64,000 nucleotides of DNA from the NCBI GenBank assembly GCA_030390025.1, contig JASTWF010000036.1, forward strand, positions 2,544,001 to 2,608,000, written 5' to 3'. Each line of letters begins with the position of its first letter. Position 1 is the first letter of the stretch. A program made the position numbers and the translations under genes. Shown one piece after another: positions 62,201 through 64,000 of the stretch. Source of the DNA: Squalus acanthias (lineage: Eukaryota). The notes below the pieces were generated by a model. That model had not been told where the DNA came from. It did no database searches and worked only from the letters and a program-made list of their open reading frames with translations.

Positions 62201-64000
62201 AGGGCAGAAGGCGAGGGCGAGGGCAGAAGGCGAGGGCGAGGGCAGAAGGCGAGGGCGAGGGCAGAAGGCGAGGGCGAGGGCAGAAGGCGAGGGCAGAGGC
62301 AGAGGGCGAGGGCAGAGGGCGAGGGCAGAGGGCGAGGGCGAGGGCAGAAGGAGAGGGCGAGGGCAGAAGGAGAGGGCGAGGGCAGAAGGAGAGGGCGAGG
62401 GCAGAAGGAGAGGGCGAGGGCAGAAGGAGAGGGCGAGGGCAGAAGGAGAGGGCGAGGGCAGAAGGAGAGGGCGAGGGCAGAAGGAGAGGGCGAGGGCAGA
62501 AGGAGAGGGCGAGGGCAGAAGGAGAGGGCGAGGGCAGAAGGAGAGGGCGAGGGCAGAAGGAGGGGGCGAGGGCAGAAGGAGGGGGCGAGGGCAGAAGGAG
62601 AGGGCAGAGGGCGGAGGGCGAGGGCAGAACTCGAGGGAGAGGGCAGAGGGCGAGGCCGAGGGCAGAGGGCGAAGCCGAGGGCAGAAGGCGAGGGCGAGGG
62701 CAGAAGGCGAGGGCGAGGGCAGAAGGCGAGGGCGAGGGCAGAAGGCGAGGGCGAGGGCAGAAGGCGAGGGCGAGGGCAGAAGGCGAGGGCAGAAGGCGAG
62801 GGCGAGGGCAGAAGGCGAGGGCAGAAGGCGAGGGCAGAAGGCGAGGGCAGAAGGCGAGGGCAGAAGGCGAGGGCAGAAGGCGAGGGCAGAAGGCGAGGGC
62901 AGAAGGCGAGGGCAGAAGGCAGAAGGCGAGGGCGAGGGCAGAAGGCGAGGGCAGAAGGCGAGGGCAGAAGGCGAGGGCGAGGGCAGAAGGCGAGGGCGAG
63001 GGCAGAAGGCGAGGGCAGAAGGCGAGGGCGAGGGCCGAAGGCGAGGGCAGAAGGCGAGGGCCGAAGGCGAGGGCAGAAGGCGAGGGCAGAAGGCAAGGGC
63101 GAGGGCAGAGGGCAGAAGGCAGAGGGCGAGGGCAGAAGGCGAGGGCAGAGGGCGAGGGCGAACGCAGAGGGCGAGGGAGAGGCCAGAAGGCGAGGGAGAG
63201 GCCAGAAGGCGAGGGAGAAGCCAGAAGGCGAGGGAGAGGCCAGAAGGCGAGGGAGAGGGAGAGGCCAGAAGGCGAGGGCGAGGGCGAGGCCAGAAGGCGA
63301 GGGCGAGGGCGAGGCCAGAAGGTGAGGGCAGAAGGCAAGGGCGAGGGCAGAAGACGAGGACGAGGGCGAGGGCAGAAGGCAGAGGGCGAGGGCAGAAGGC
63401 GAGGGCGAGGGCAGAAGGCGAGGGCGAGGGCAGAAGGCGAGGGCAGAGGGCGAGGGCGAAGGGAGAGGGCGAGGGCAGAAGGAGAGGGCGAGGGCAGAAG
63501 GCGAGGGCGAGGGCAGAAGGCGAGGGCGAGGGCAGAAGGCGAGGGCGAGGGCAGAAGGCGAGGGCGAGGGCAGAAGGCGAGGGCGAGGGCAGAAGGCGAG
63601 GGCGAGGGCAGAAGGCGAGGGCGAGGGCAGAAGGCGAGGGCAGAAGGCGAGGGCGAGGGCAGAAGGCGAGGGCGAGGGCAGAAGGCGAGGGCAGAAGGCG
63701 AGGGCAGAAGGCGAGGGCGAGGGCAGAAGGCGAGGGCGAGGGCAGAAGGCGAGGGCAGAAGGCGAGGGCGAGGGCAGAAGGCGAGGGCGAGGGCAGAAGG
63801 CGAGGGCAGAAGGTGAGGGCGAGGGCAGAGGGCGAGGGCGAGCGGGGCAGAGGGCGAGGGCAGAAGGCGAGGGCAGAGGGCAAGGGCAGAGGGCGAGGGC
63901 AGAGGGCAGAGGGCGAGGGAGAGGCCAGAAGGCAAAGGAGAGGCCAGAAGGCGAGGGCGAGGGAGAGGCCAGAAGGCGAGGGAGAGGCCAGAAGGCGAGG
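53235..64000. repeat. >10.7-kb purine-rich satellite built from GAGGGC and AGAAGGC modules (13- and 19-bp units), runs off the window end
   Basis: Dominant units GAGGGCAGAAGGC (13 bp), GAGGGCGAGGGCAGAAGGC (19 bp) and GAGGGCGAGGGCAGAAGGA. T almost absent on the + strand. Confidence 0.97.

Noticed and set aside
53216..63935. Very long ORFs (up to 3546 aa) on both strands
   Set aside because: The satellite has almost no T on + and almost no A on -, so stop codons rarely arise. All frames are open, the peptides are low-complexity and there is no domain or gene structure.
18268..64000. First coding exon of the sodium channel gene
   Set aside because: No minus-strand ORF resembling the ~90-aa Nav N-terminus (PPGP...DLEAGK.LPFIYG...DPYY) was found; it presumably lies beyond the window.

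Overview
Vertebrate genomic DNA, most likely a shark or other cartilaginous fish (inferred from the repeats: HE1-like V-SINEs, DeuSINEs, abundant CR1 and Penelope elements). The window covers part of a voltage-gated sodium channel alpha-subunit gene on the minus strand, best matching SCN8A/Nav1.6. Three coding exons are visible: 18267-18149, 2820-2731 and 267-139. The family's U12-type AT-AC intron spans 18148-2821 (15.3 kb). The first coding exon is not in the window, so 18268-64000 is probably one intron of more than 45 kb. The introns are packed with nested transposable elements: CR1, L2, a Vingi/Ingi-like LINE, a Penelope-like element, three SINE classes, a hAT MITE and many PIF/Harbinger-type elements (MITEs with 3-bp TSDs plus decayed transposase and Myb/SANT genes). 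Three observations stand out. (1) Several unrelated Harbinger-type MITE families each carry strong 5' splice sites on both strands, along with promoter-like motifs. (2) A 4.7-kb CpG-rich minisatellite appears to have expanded from a motif inside such a MITE. (3) A >10.7-kb, almost T-free GA-rich satellite has ~1.9-kb higher-order structure. The very long ORFs in the two arrays are compositional artefacts. Repeat-family names come from recalled similarity and have not been checked against a database.
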